64,000 nucleotides of DNA from Ilumatobacteraceae bacterium (GTDB lineage Bacteria > Actinomycetota > Acidimicrobiia > Acidimicrobiales > Ilumatobacteraceae), in NCBI GenBank assembly GCA_044356655.1, contig JBIKVV010000001.1:74355-138354 (forward strand). Direction: 5' to 3'. The notes beneath the pieces were generated by a model. The model made no database searches and had not been told where the DNA came from. It was given only the letters and a program-made list of their open reading frames with translations. Within the stretch, counting starts at the first letter, position 1. Every line of letters starts with the position of its first letter. Positions 10,399 to 19,742 of the stretch are shown piece after piece. The translations under genes and the position numbers were made by a program.

Positions 10399-11430
10399 AT
10401 GACAAAACACATGGCAACGAATAATTCTGTGGCTGGTCATCGTGTTGCTGTCATCGGTGGCGACGGTATTGGTCCAGAAGTTCTTGCCGAGGCACTAAAA
10501 GTTATTGGCGCGACTGGCGTCAAACTTGCGACAACCAATTTCGATCTGGGTGGTGCGCGATATTTGCGCGACGGCGAAGTTTTGTCAGATGCGACTCTTG
10601 CCGAGCTGCGCAAGTTCGACGCGATTTTGCTTGGCGCCGTCGGTACGCCTGGTGTGCCACCGGGGGTTATCGAGCGCGGTCTGTTGTTGAAGATGCGATT
10701 TGAGTTAGATCTATACATAAATCGACGCCCGTTTAGCGGCACGGCCCCGGGGCACACTAAGCCGCATGATTTTGTAGTCATTCGCGAAAATACTGAAGGC
10801 CCGTATGTCGGCGAAGGTGGCGTGCTGCGCCGTGGCACGCCCGACGAAGTTGCAACGCAGGGCAGTGTTAACACTGCAAAAGGTGTCGAGCGTTGCGTGC
10901 GATACGCGTTTGAACTTGCGCGCACGCGGAGTCGCAAACATTTAACGCTTGTTCACAAAACTAATGTGCTCACTTTTGCGGGCGACTTGTGGCAGCGCAC
11001 ATTTGATCGTGTCGGCAAAGAATTTACCGATGTTGCAACTTCTTATAACCATGTTGATGCTGCGTGCATATATTTTGTGCAAGACCCACACCGCTATGAC
11101 GTAATCGTCACCGACAATTTGTTCGGCGACATTCTCACCGATTTGGGTGGCGCTGTTTCGGGTGGCATCGGCGTTGCATCGTCGGCAAATTTGAACCCAA
11201 CTCGCAGTGGTCCTTCAATGTTTGAACCGGTGCACGGTTCGGCGCCAGATATTGCCGGCAATGGCGTTGCTAACCCTGTCGCAGCGATCTTGTCGGCTGC
11301 CCACATGCTTGAATTTCTCGGCGAGACAAAAGCTGCCGCAACGTTGCGAGATGCTTGCGTCGAGCCTGTTTCTGGCTCAACTGTCGCAGTCGGTGACGAA
11401 ATCGCACGTCGCGTCAAGGCAAATATTTAA
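10399..11430 (+). CDS. leuB: 3-isopropylmalate dehydrogenase
   Basis: 343 aa with [22 protein letters not shown] and [11 protein letters not shown]. The start could be the ATG at 10411. Confidence 0.92.
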   Translation: MTKHMATNNSVAGHRVAVIGGDGIGPEVLAEALKVIGATGVKLATTNFDLGGARYLRDGEVLSDATLAELRKFDAILLGAVGTPGVPPGVIERGLLLKMRFELDLYINRRPFSGTAPGHTKPHDFVVIRENTEGPYVGEGGVLRRGTPDEVATQGSVNTAKGVERCVRYAFELARTRSRKHLTLVHKTNVLTFAGDLWQRTFDRVGKEFTDVATSYNHVDAACIYFVQDPHRYDVIVTDNLFGDILTDLGGAVSGGIGVASSANLNPTRSGPSMFEPVHGSAPDIAGNGVANPVAAILSAAHMLEFLGETKAAATLRDACVEPVSGSTVAVGDEIARRVKANI

Positions 11431-11473
11431 CGCCTCACTCATAGACTGAAAATTAGAAAAATCAGGAGACCTA

Positions 11474-12391
11474 ATGCCAATCACAACCACCCCAAAAATT
11501 TGGATGAACGGCTCGCTCGTCAATTGGGACGACGCAAAGGTGCATGTTCTCACTCACACACTGCACTACGGCACCGGCGTCTTCGAGGGCATTCGCGCAT
11601 ATGAGACGGCAAATGGCCCTGCAGTTTTTCGTTTGACTGACCACATGAAGCGCTTGCACAACAGCGCGAAAATCATGGGCATGGACCTGCCGTATTCGGT
11701 TGAAGAACTTGTCGAAGCAACTAAGCAGACCGTTAAATCAACTGGCCTACCGTCTTGTTACATTCGTCCGATCGCATATTACGGCTACGGCGAAATGGGT
11801 CTCAATACATTGCCGTGCAAAGTTGATGTGGCGATCGCGTGTTGGCCATGGGGTGCTTATCTTGGTGACGACGCAGTTCAAAAAGGTGTACGCATGAAAA
11901 TTTCATCATGGACACGACACGATCACAACACGATGCCACCCGCGGCAAAGACGGTTGGTAATTACGTCAACTCGTCGTTGGCAAAAGTCGAAGCGCTCAA
12001 AGCCGGCTATGACGAGGCGATCATGCTCTCACCAAGTGGTTTGGTTGCCGAGTGCACAGGCGAGAATATTTTTTGCGTACGCAACGGCATTATCTTGACA
12101 CCGCCACTTTCGGCTGGTGCACTTGAAGGCATCACACAGTCGAGCGTCACAACTATTGCTCGTGACTTGGGTTTTGATATTCGCGTCGACAACATCGCCC
12201 GCAGCGATCTCTACATCGCCGACGAAATTTTCGTTTGCGGCACTGCTGCCGAAGTTGGCTCAGTTAATTCGGTCGACGAACGCAAGATTCCTTGCCCTGG
12301 TCCGATGACAACGGCGATTGCCGCAACCTATGCCAAAGCCGTGCGTGGTCAAGACGACCGCTACAAGCAATGGTGTGAGTTGGCGAAGTAG
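11474..12391 (+). CDS. ilvE: Branched-chain amino acid aminotransferase (fold type IV)
   Basis: 305 aa with the HYGTGVFEGIRAY motif. Confidence 0.9.
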   Translation: MPITTTPKIWMNGSLVNWDDAKVHVLTHTLHYGTGVFEGIRAYETANGPAVFRLTDHMKRLHNSAKIMGMDLPYSVEELVEATKQTVKSTGLPSCYIRPIAYYGYGEMGLNTLPCKVDVAIACWPWGAYLGDDAVQKGVRMKISSWTRHDHNTMPPAAKTVGNYVNSSLAKVEALKAGYDEAIMLSPSGLVAECTGENIFCVRNGIILTPPLSAGALEGITQSSVTTIARDLGFDIRVDNIARSDLYIADEIFVCGTAAEVGSVNSVDERKIPCPGPMTTAIAATYAKAVRGQDDRYKQWCELAK

Positions 12392-12396
12392 AACTC

Positions 12397-13977
12397 ATGT
12401 CACAAAACCGTGAACTCGTCGAAGTCTTTGACACCACACTTCGTGACGGCATGCAGGTCGAAGGTGTTTCGGCAAGCGTGCAAGACAAACTACGCATTGC
12501 TGAACAACTCGATTTTCTTGGTGTTCACTACATTGAAGGCGGTTGGCCTGGTGCCAATCCGAAAGACATCGAGTTCTTTGCGCGTGCTCGCACTGAACTG
12601 AGCCTGAAAACTTCGACACTCGTCGCGTTTGGCTCGACTCGTCGCCCGATGGGCAAAGTTGATGATGATCCGACGTTGCGTAATTTGGTCGAAGCCGAAA
12701 CGAGCGCAGTGTGCATTGTGGCTAAATGTTCGGCGTATCACGTTGAACAGGCCCTGCAAACCACGCTTGACGAGGGTGTGGCGATGGTCAGCGATTCGGT
12801 TAAATACCTAGTTGCCAACAACCGTCGCGTGCTTGTCGATATGGAGCACTTCTTTGATGGCTACAAACACAACGCCGAATTTTCGTTGCGAGTTCTAGAA
12901 GCAGCAGTTATTGGTGGTGCAACACATTTGGTGTTGTGCGACACAAACGGTGGCTCATTGCCAAACGAAGTCGAAAGAATCGTTGCTGAAGTTCGTCGCC
13001 ACATGGGCATTGACGTCATAATCGGCATTCATTGTCACGATGACACAGGTTGTGCAGTAGCTAATTCGCTTGCCGCCGTACAAAGTGGTGCACGACACGT
13101 GCAGGGCACGCTCAACGGTTTGGGTGAGCGCACTGGCAACACAAACTTGACGACTGTCATTCCAAACTTGCAGCTCAAACTTGACTACAAGTGTCTACCT
13201 GAAGGCCATCTCGAGCGTCTCACTCAAGTGAGCAATCATGTTGCTGAAGTTTTGAATCGCCCAATGAACCCGCAAGCACCATATGTCGGTGTATCGGCAT
13301 TTGCCCACAAAGCAGGTCTGCATGTTTCGGCAATCGCACGCGCTAAAGATGCATATGAACACGTGTCGCCAGAACTCGTCGGCAATGGCACACGCTTTTT
13401 GGTTTCAGAAATGGCAGGTCGCGCAACAATCACGATGAAGGCTCAAGAATTGGGCATCAAACTTGATGGCCCAGCAATTGGTCAAGTTATCGACGATCTA
13501 AAGCGACTTGAGTTCGAGGGTTACCATTTCGAAGCAGCCGATGCATCGCTTGAGTTGCTGATGCGTCGCGCCGCAGGATTTGATCAATCCTTTTTCAAAG
13601 TCGAATCAATGCGCGTCATTACCGACGAAGCAGCAACTGGCACATTTACTACAGAAGCCACTGTCAAAGTTTGGGTCGGTGAAACTCGCAGTGTGTTTAC
13701 ATCTGAAGGCAACGGTCCGGTAAATGCGATCGACACCGCGTTGCGTGAAGCTTTGCGAGCAAGTTATCCGCAATTAGAGCGCGTGCATCTCACCGACTAT
13801 AAAGTTCGAATTCTCGACTCTGGTTCGGCAACTGGTGCGGTTACTCGCGTACTGATTGATGCCACCGACGGTGAACGCACGTGGACAACCATTGGTGTTT
13901 CGACAAACATCATCGAAGCGTCGTGGCACGCTCTTGAAGAGTCGCTTGTTTACGGCTTGTTGCATTTGCAATCTTGA
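12397..13977 (+). CDS. cimA: (R)-citramalate synthase
   Basis: 526 aa with VFDTTLRDGMQ, EGGWPGANPKD and HCHDDTGCAVAN, plus a LeuA-dimer-type C-terminal domain. This architecture fits CimA rather than LeuA. Confidence 0.85.
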   Translation: MSQNRELVEVFDTTLRDGMQVEGVSASVQDKLRIAEQLDFLGVHYIEGGWPGANPKDIEFFARARTELSLKTSTLVAFGSTRRPMGKVDDDPTLRNLVEAETSAVCIVAKCSAYHVEQALQTTLDEGVAMVSDSVKYLVANNRRVLVDMEHFFDGYKHNAEFSLRVLEAAVIGGATHLVLCDTNGGSLPNEVERIVAEVRRHMGIDVIIGIHCHDDTGCAVANSLAAVQSGARHVQGTLNGLGERTGNTNLTTVIPNLQLKLDYKCLPEGHLERLTQVSNHVAEVLNRPMNPQAPYVGVSAFAHKAGLHVSAIARAKDAYEHVSPELVGNGTRFLVSEMAGRATITMKAQELGIKLDGPAIGQVIDDLKRLEFEGYHFEAADASLELLMRRAAGFDQSFFKVESMRVITDEAATGTFTTEATVKVWVGETRSVFTSEGNGPVNAIDTALREALRASYPQLERVHLTDYKVRILDSGSATGAVTRVLIDATDGERTWTTIGVSTNIIEASWHALEESLVYGLLHLQS

Positions 13978-14009
13978 TCTTGCGTTAAATGTTCTAGGCT
14001 GGTCGCGAA

Positions 14010-14534
14010 ATGTCAGCACCAAAGTTCACGCCATTAGATCCGACAGATCGTCCGCGAACATATTCTTCACCCGAGCATGTGCCGTCACCGTGGCGCAACG
14101 ATAAACCTGCGGCAATCGTGAGCCGACAACCCAAGGGTCAAAAACTTGGCCATCAAGGCCCCGATCAGGGTTATGTGCTGAAGCTCGCCGAAGGCTTGCG
14201 CGACTCAATCGTGTTGCAGCCGGGTGAGTCTGCCGATGATGCAATTCGTGGAGCAATTGCAATCGCTTTGCGTCGCGCCTCGAAATATGGGCGAGCACCT
14301 GTGATTCATGATTTGACGATTGCGTTCGGCATTTGGGGTTTCATGTTGCTTGACCCACCAGCCGATCTAGTTGCTCGGCGCAAAGAGTTATTCGCTGGTT
14401 TGGGTGATGCATCGCATCACTATTCAGAAATTCGCGCGCTTGTTGACATGGTGCCAGAGAGCACGATGCTGATGACACCAGAACAAGTTCGCACGGGCAT
14501 GCCAGGCAGTTGGCGCGCACTTACCGGCGCTTAA
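14010..14534 (+). CDS. Conserved hypothetical protein
   Basis: 174-aa ORF with coding-like composition. I cannot assign a family confidently. Confidence 0.55.
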   Translation: MSAPKFTPLDPTDRPRTYSSPEHVPSPWRNDKPAAIVSRQPKGQKLGHQGPDQGYVLKLAEGLRDSIVLQPGESADDAIRGAIAIALRRASKYGRAPVIHDLTIAFGIWGFMLLDPPADLVARRKELFAGLGDASHHYSEIRALVDMVPESTMLMTPEQVRTGMPGSWRALTGA

Positions 14535-14537
14535 AAA

Positions 14538-14912
14538 TTATCTGTCGATTGCGTGCGCTTCAAGATTTTTTAGCGCAACGAATTCAAGTGTGAATGTGTG
14601 AGTTGATCGCAACTTAACTTTTGGCGCTTTGCCAGCCTCGAATGCTTCTTGCCAACGTGGCGCACAAAGACACCATTGGTCGCCAGGCTTTAGCCCAGCA
14701 AAACCATATTGAGGCATCGGGGTCGAGAGATCGTTGCCAACAGATTTTGAGTATTCGAGAAACTCTGCGGTCATGATCGCGCACACCGTGTGAACTCCGG
14801 TGTCGTCGCCACCAGTTTCACAGCAACCCGTTCGGTAGTAGCCAGTTATTGGATCGAAATTACATGGCTCAAGTGGTTCGCCATAAACATTTGTTTGCTG
14901 GCCAATTGTCAT
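14538..14912 (-). CDS. DUF2237-family protein
   Basis: 124 aa. The pattern TGYYRTGCCETGGDDTGVHTVCAIMTAEFLEYSKSVGNDL matches my recollection of DUF2237. Confidence 0.7.
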   Translation of the reverse strand: MTIGQQTNVYGEPLEPCNFDPITGYYRTGCCETGGDDTGVHTVCAIMTAEFLEYSKSVGNDLSTPMPQYGFAGLKPGDQWCLCAPRWQEAFEAGKAPKVKLRSTHTFTLEFVALKNLEAHAIDR

Positions 14913-14939
14913 TTTGTCGTCAATTCGTTTTGAGGTTTC

Positions 14940-15698
14940 TTAGTTGATTGACACGCCGACAAGGCGACCAATTACGTATGTGACACCAACAGCCAGCAAC
15001 ATGATTGCTACTTGTCGAACCGCACTTAAAGTTTTTGATCGTTCGGCTTGTTGCCCGATTGCATATCCGGCTACAGCGGCTGCGATTATGGCAACGATGA
15101 CTGACGAATATTTTGCCGAGCCACCGCTACTAAAAATCCATGGCAAAACTGGCAACATTGCGCCAGCCAAAAATGTGACGAGTGAGATAAACGCAATCTG
15201 AATCGGGTTTGGCAAGTTGCCCGCATCAAGACCAAACTCTTCGCGAGCGTGCACGACCACTGCACGCTCAGGGTCACGCATAACTTCAGCAGCCGAAATT
15301 GCGGCTTGCTCGCGCGACATGCCATGCTGTCGATACATTGCGGCGAGTTCAGAAGTTTCGGCTTCTGGGTGAAGTTTTAACTCTCGCAACTCGAGCGCCA
15401 TCTCGCGTTCGACCAGGTCGTTCTGTGCGCTAATTGAAACCCATTCACCAGCAGCCATACTTGCCGCACCAGCAACCGCAGCAGCGATGCCGGCGAGTCG
15501 AACAACACTTGAATCAACACCGCCGGCAGCAAAACCAATTATCAAAGAAACGTTCGAAACTAAGCCGTCACTGAAACCGAACACTCCAGCGCGCGCCGAA
15601 CCACCAGCGAGTGCGCGATGGTCTGGATGACCTTCATGTTCGAGAGTTTTCTTTGCCATGTGTTCAACGATAGTTCTGTCTCGGGTGCTTACGCTCAC
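14940..15698 (-). CDS. VIT1/CCC1-family iron/manganese transporter
   Basis: 252 aa with GVFGFSDGLVSNVSLIIG and C-terminal transmembrane segments. Confidence 0.8.
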   Translation of the reverse strand: MSVSTRDRTIVEHMAKKTLEHEGHPDHRALAGGSARAGVFGFSDGLVSNVSLIIGFAAGGVDSSVVRLAGIAAAVAGAASMAAGEWVSISAQNDLVEREMALELRELKLHPEAETSELAAMYRQHGMSREQAAISAAEVMRDPERAVVVHAREEFGLDAGNLPNPIQIAFISLVTFLAGAMLPVLPWIFSSGGSAKYSSVIVAIIAAAVAGYAIGQQAERSKTLSAVRQVAIMLLAVGVTYVIGRLVGVSIN

Positions 15699-15717
15699 CG
15701 AGATAGCCTGATGACAG

Positions 15718-17139
15718 ATGGCACAGACACCGCGCTACCGATTCGCGCCGTCACCAACAGGTTATTTTCATGTCGGCGGTGCACGAACTGCTCTTTACAA
15801 CTGGATTCTTGCGCTGCAATCAAATGGTGTTTTCGTTTTACGGATAGAAGACACCGATGATTCAAGAAATAATCCGCAATGGACACAGGGCATTCTCGAT
15901 GCGCTTGCTTGGCTCGGCATTGACAATAAAGATTCGCACTTTGAAGGGCCATTCTTTCAATCGGCTAACGCTGCTTTACATGTTGAAGCTGCTGAGAAAC
16001 TTTTCGCACAAGGCGCAGCGTATTATTGCGACTTGTCATCTGAAGATATTCAGAAACGTGCCAAAGAATCAGGCAAACAAAACGAACGACAGGGCTACGA
16101 CGGCTATTCGCGTGATCGCGGTTTGGGGCCAGGCGAAGGTCGAGTCTTGCGTTTTCGTGTGCCGGCAGGTTCGACAATTGTTCAAGATCAAGTTCGGGGC
16201 AGTGTCGAGTTTGATAATTCGACAATCGAAGATTTTGTCTTGTTACGTGGCAACGGTTCGCCCGTGTTCTTATTGGCCAACGTCGTTGACGACGTGACTC
16301 AGGGCATTACTCATGTTGTGCGTGCCGAAGAGCACTTGCCAAATGCGCCAAAACAACAGATGATTTGGCGTGCGCTTGGCCACGAGCCACCCATTTGGGC
16401 TCACGTGCCAGTGCTTGTTAACGAGCAACGTAAGAAACTTTCGAAGCGTCGCGACAAGGTTGCAGTTGAGCAATATCGCGAAGAAGGCATTCTCTCGGCG
16501 GCGATGAAAAACTATTTGATGACGCTGGGTTGGGCGCCCATCGGTGACACAGAGATTGTGCCGTTCGAAAAAATAACTGCCGAGTTTGATTTGAGCAGCG
16601 TCAATCATTCGCCGGCGTTTTTTGACATCGTCAAATTGCATTCGTTCAACGCCGACTACATTCGCGCGATGCCGGTTGATGAGTTCATTCGCGCCTGTGA
16701 GCCATGGCTAATTGGCGAAAAAGCACCGTGGCAAGCACAAGATTATGATGCAAAAATTTTCGCAGAAATTGCGCCATTAGTTCAGACTCGTGTGCAGTTG
16801 CTGCAAGATGTGCCGAGCATGGTCGACTTTTTGTTCTGCGATTTGCCGCCGATTGATGATGCTGCTTTTACCAAAGCGTTCGCGCCAGAGTGGGCGAGTG
16901 CAACTCTGATCGAGATTCGCGATGCTTTCAAGACATGCGAGTTCACACCTGATGCGCTCAAAGCCGTGGTTGAATCGGTCGGTGAAAAGCATTCGTTGAA
17001 ACTGGGCAAGATGCAAGCGCCTCTGCGGGTGGCTGTTACTGGGCGCAGTGTTGGTCCGCCATTGTTTGAACCGATTGCGATTTTGGGTCGAGACGCGACG
17101 CTCAAGCGAATTGACGTCGCACTCGCCAAAAAGATCTAA
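15718..17139 (+). CDS. gltX: Glutamate--tRNA ligase
   Basis: 473 aa with a HIGH-type motif (PSPTGYFHVGGART) and KLSKR. Confidence 0.93.
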   Translation: MAQTPRYRFAPSPTGYFHVGGARTALYNWILALQSNGVFVLRIEDTDDSRNNPQWTQGILDALAWLGIDNKDSHFEGPFFQSANAALHVEAAEKLFAQGAAYYCDLSSEDIQKRAKESGKQNERQGYDGYSRDRGLGPGEGRVLRFRVPAGSTIVQDQVRGSVEFDNSTIEDFVLLRGNGSPVFLLANVVDDVTQGITHVVRAEEHLPNAPKQQMIWRALGHEPPIWAHVPVLVNEQRKKLSKRRDKVAVEQYREEGILSAAMKNYLMTLGWAPIGDTEIVPFEKITAEFDLSSVNHSPAFFDIVKLHSFNADYIRAMPVDEFIRACEPWLIGEKAPWQAQDYDAKIFAEIAPLVQTRVQLLQDVPSMVDFLFCDLPPIDDAAFTKAFAPEWASATLIEIRDAFKTCEFTPDALKAVVESVGEKHSLKLGKMQAPLRVAVTGRSVGPPLFEPIAILGRDATLKRIDVALAKKI

Positions 17140-17153
17140 GCGAGTTTTAATCA

Positions 17154-17765
17154 ATGAAGTTGCGACGAGTTTTTCAGTCGCTTGGTTTAACTGTTCTAAT
17201 TGCGGCGGTTTACTTTTTAGTCTCGTTATTGCAAGTGTGGAACACAGGTCGTAGCGCTGATCGCCAACCAGTTGGCGCAATCGTCGTGCTTGGCGCTGCT
17301 CAATATGACGGTCGGCCATCGCCACAACTTCAGGCTCGCCTCGACCACGCACTCGAGTTATGGAACCTCAACTTGGCTTCGTACATCGTGGTCACGGGGG
17401 GCAAGCAAGAAGGCGATCGATTTACTGAGGCGGCCGCTTCGCGCAAGTTTTTTGAGTCAAGCGGCGTGGCTGGCGACCTGATTTTTGAAGAAAATTCTGG
17501 CACGACTACTTATGCATCTTTGTTTGCTGTTTCGCGAGTTGCGAGAGATCTCGAAATTGATCGTGTGTTGATTGTTAGCGATCCGTTTCATCTTCTGCGC
17601 GCAAAATTGATTGCTAACGAGGTTGGTCTTGATGCGAGTTCATCATCGACTCGCACGAGTGTGATTCAGGGTGGCGATGCATTCAGGCGCAATCTTCAAG
17701 AGGCTGCGGGTGTTGCCGTTGGTCGCATTGTTGGCTTTCAACGTGTTGATTCGTGGACTAATTAA
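17154..17765 (+). CDS. YdcF/DUF218-family (ElyC/SanA-like) membrane-anchored protein
   Basis: 203 aa with an N-terminal transmembrane segment, VVLGAAQYDGRPSPQLQARLDHA and VVTGG. Confidence 0.75.
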   Translation: MKLRRVFQSLGLTVLIAAVYFLVSLLQVWNTGRSADRQPVGAIVVLGAAQYDGRPSPQLQARLDHALELWNLNLASYIVVTGGKQEGDRFTEAAASRKFFESSGVAGDLIFEENSGTTTYASLFAVSRVARDLEIDRVLIVSDPFHLLRAKLIANEVGLDASSSSTRTSVIQGGDAFRRNLQEAAGVAVGRIVGFQRVDSWTN

Positions 17766-17798
17766 TTAGATATTTGCGATATCGTAAAACCGTCACTC

Positions 17799-17870
17799 TG
17801 GGGAGTGGTGTAACTGGCAACACAGCAGATTCTGGTTCTGTTATTCAGGGTTCGATTCCTTGCTCCCCAA
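17799..17870 (+). tRNA. tRNA-Gln (anticodon CUG)
   Basis: Manual cloverleaf. Acceptor TGGGGAG/CTCCCCA (U1-A72). D stem GTGT/ACAC. Anticodon stem GCAGA/TCTGT with loop TTCTGGT. T arm CAGGG-TTCGATT-CCTTG. Discriminator A. No CCA is encoded. Confidence 0.9.
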
Positions 17871-17997
17871 CTTCGCATTTATCAGTGCATAGCACTGATA
17901 AATGCTTTGTTGCGCGGTTGCGCCTCGCAACTTCGCAGCACTTAGTGCTGCTTTGCTAAAGCTTCGTATTTATCAGTGCGAAGCACCCAACTGCGCC
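17871..17997. repeat. Cluster of related hairpin modules sharing a CTTCG(C/T)A leader
   Basis: CTTCGCATTTATCAGTGC (17871-17888) recurs 17/18 identical at 17962-17979. A third module at 17931-17951 (CTTCGCAGCAC-TTA-GTGCTGC) forms a 7-bp hairpin followed by TTTG. Confidence 0.8.
17875..17911 (+). terminator. Rho-independent terminator after tRNA-Gln
   Basis: Perfect 14-bp stem GCATTTATCAGTGC-ATA-GCACTGATAAATGC, followed by TTTGTT. Confidence 0.75.
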
Positions 17998-18018
17998 AAA
18001 TCTGTGAAACTACTCGCG

Positions 18019-18795
18019 CTAACGCTTGGGTCTTGCGTAAATCAAATCAACCCATAAAGTGCGAAGGTTTTTGAGATCTTTGTAGATGTGAGCAATATCC
18101 CACAAACGGAAACCAGCATCGCTGAGAATCTTGTCAAGTTCATGAAACGGTGGTGGTGTGCCGTAAACGTCATCAAATTGCCATTCGGTAAGCACAACTT
18201 TTGTTCTTTTCAGCACTTCTTTTGAGCCGCGAAGTACCGGTATCTCCCAACCCTGCGTATCGATCTTTAAAACATCGAGTCCATTTTCAGTGAAAACTTT
18301 TGTCGCGTTAGACCCTGGGTTGCTTGCGAGAATCGAATCTAAGGTCTGAATCTTAACGTCGACTTTGTAGTTGTCTTCACTTCCCAGTTCAAGATGAGAT
18401 GGCGAGTCACGTAAACCGCGATGCGCCGTCACGGTCTCTGCGTCTTTATTGAATCTATTGAATGACGAGTTTGTTGACTGCGATTTACTTGAATGAAGAG
18501 TTAGCGACCCAGAACCATCACTTACACCAACATTCATAACTTCTGCCCTTGCGCCAATTTTTGATGCCATGGCTTCAAGTTTTTGAAATGCTTCTGGTAG
18601 AGGCTCAAGTGATAGGCAGTGAAGACCCGGCCACCAAGAAGTAAAAGTCTCAAGTGTCTGACCGACATTCGCCCCTACATCAACGGCGTTTCGGGGTTCT
18701 GACGCAACACCAGCCCATTTCAATGCCCCTTCGAGGCTGCGACGACGATCAAAATACATTGGATCTAATCCACGTATTTTCTCATTACTTGTCAC
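18019..18795 (-). CDS. FkbM-family SAM-dependent methyltransferase
   Basis: 258 aa with the SAM-binding motif VDVGANVGQT and the overall FkbM layout. Visibly more AT-rich than the flanks. Confidence 0.75.
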   Translation of the reverse strand: MTSNEKIRGLDPMYFDRRRSLEGALKWAGVASEPRNAVDVGANVGQTLETFTSWWPGLHCLSLEPLPEAFQKLEAMASKIGARAEVMNVGVSDGSGSLTLHSSKSQSTNSSFNRFNKDAETVTAHRGLRDSPSHLELGSEDNYKVDVKIQTLDSILASNPGSNATKVFTENGLDVLKIDTQGWEIPVLRGSKEVLKRTKVVLTEWQFDDVYGTPPPFHELDKILSDAGFRLWDIAHIYKDLKNLRTLWVDLIYARPKR

Positions 18796-18854
18796 GACAC
18801 AAATCTAGTTCTTAGCGCCGAGCAACAAAGCGAGTGCTCGCGCATTGGTTCGCG

Positions 18855-19511
18855 TTACTTGGTTGTTTGGTTGCGTCGTGGCTTTTTGGTCGGCTTGGGT
18901 TCGTCGATGCCTAATAATCTGCAAACTGCTCGCTTGGCAATGAAGTCCCAGTCATCGCTCTCTGGGTGAGTGCCATCAAGATCAATTAAAGCTCTTCCAT
19001 TAAGCGTGCCGACTAACCACGAGTAAAACATCTGTGGATTGAAGTCTTCGTCAATCCATTTTTTCGCTTGGGCGTATCGAATTGGTTCAGCAGCGACTTT
19101 ATTGATGCCATCGTGAATGCTTGCAAGTTCTCTGGCTAATAGTCGATCTGATTGGGCGTTTCCTAGAACATTGACCCGCTTAGATCGCACTGGCTTTCGT
19201 TTTTCAGAGTAAATGACTTCTAAAATTTGGTGTACGATTTTGGTGAACTCGTTTTTACTCTTGCACAAATAAACAGCCTCAGCGAAGTCGTATTGCAAAG
19301 TTGCGAGCGGCAGTCGATAACGACTGGCCTGTGCTGCTCGAATCAGCCCGAGTCGGTCGCCGAAGAAGTAGTAGACCGACGGGGCAGTCGTGTTGGTTGC
19401 CTTGCATATGTCTCGAATTCGCACCCCTGATTCGCCCTCTTTTTCGATGGCTCGTATTGTCGCCTTTATCAAGCATTCACGGGTGTTTTTTGGGTCTGCC
19501 ACAGATGCCAA
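18855..19511 (-). CDS. TetR/AcrR-family transcriptional regulator
   Basis: 218 aa. The N-terminal helix-turn-helix reads LIKATIRAIEKEGESGVRIRDICKATNTTAPSVYYFFGDR. Confidence 0.85.
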   Translation of the reverse strand: MASVADPKNTRECLIKATIRAIEKEGESGVRIRDICKATNTTAPSVYYFFGDRLGLIRAAQASRYRLPLATLQYDFAEAVYLCKSKNEFTKIVHQILEVIYSEKRKPVRSKRVNVLGNAQSDRLLARELASIHDGINKVAAEPIRYAQAKKWIDEDFNPQMFYSWLVGTLNGRALIDLDGTHPESDDWDFIAKRAVCRLLGIDEPKPTKKPRRNQTTK

Positions 19512-19610
19512 TATAACTGCTTTGAAGTCAGCAAGGTATCTCGTTGTTTATAACATTGTTAGATACACTAAGTAATTGGCAAGTAAATATGCAAAACAAA
19601 GGACGACAGC

Positions 19611-19742
19611 ATGGACATTTGGATGTTTGCTATTTCCTTGATTGCAATTGCGATTTTTGCCGTTCTAGCGATTCAATCAGTGCGAACTCGTAGAAACGAA
19701 ATCGAACGTCGTCGCCGAATCTTGAATCGCTATCGCGAATAA
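19611..19742 (+). CDS. Unannotated 43-aa membrane peptide (one transmembrane segment plus a strongly basic tail)
   Basis: ATG at 19611, with AAAGGA ending 7 nt upstream. It translates as MDIWMFAISLIAIAIFAVLAIQSVRTRRNEIERRRRILNRYRE, stop TAA at 19740-19742. It is divergent from the TetR gene and falls below the ORF-track length cut-off. Confidence 0.5.
   Translation: MDIWMFAISLIAIAIFAVLAIQSVRTRRNEIERRRRILNRYRE

Noticed and set aside
10437-10937. Long antisense ORFs inside well-supported genes. Examples: 10437..10937 in leuB, 2574..2996 in leuA, 4127..4528 in hss, 16777..17352 across gltX and the YdcF-family gene, 33951..34454 in tldD, 40679..41167 in moeA, 41675..42157 and 42162..42662 in moaA, 47834..48508, 49692..50198, 60295..60690 and 62032..62538.
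   Set aside because: Each is fully shadowed by a gene with strong family motifs on the other strand. Their products are compositionally odd (Arg/Ser/Cys-rich), and none has a recognisable domain.
17774-17959. A 61-aa ORF in the track downstream of the YdcF-family gene.
   Set aside because: It is read straight through tRNA-Gln and the terminator hairpins, so it is not coding.
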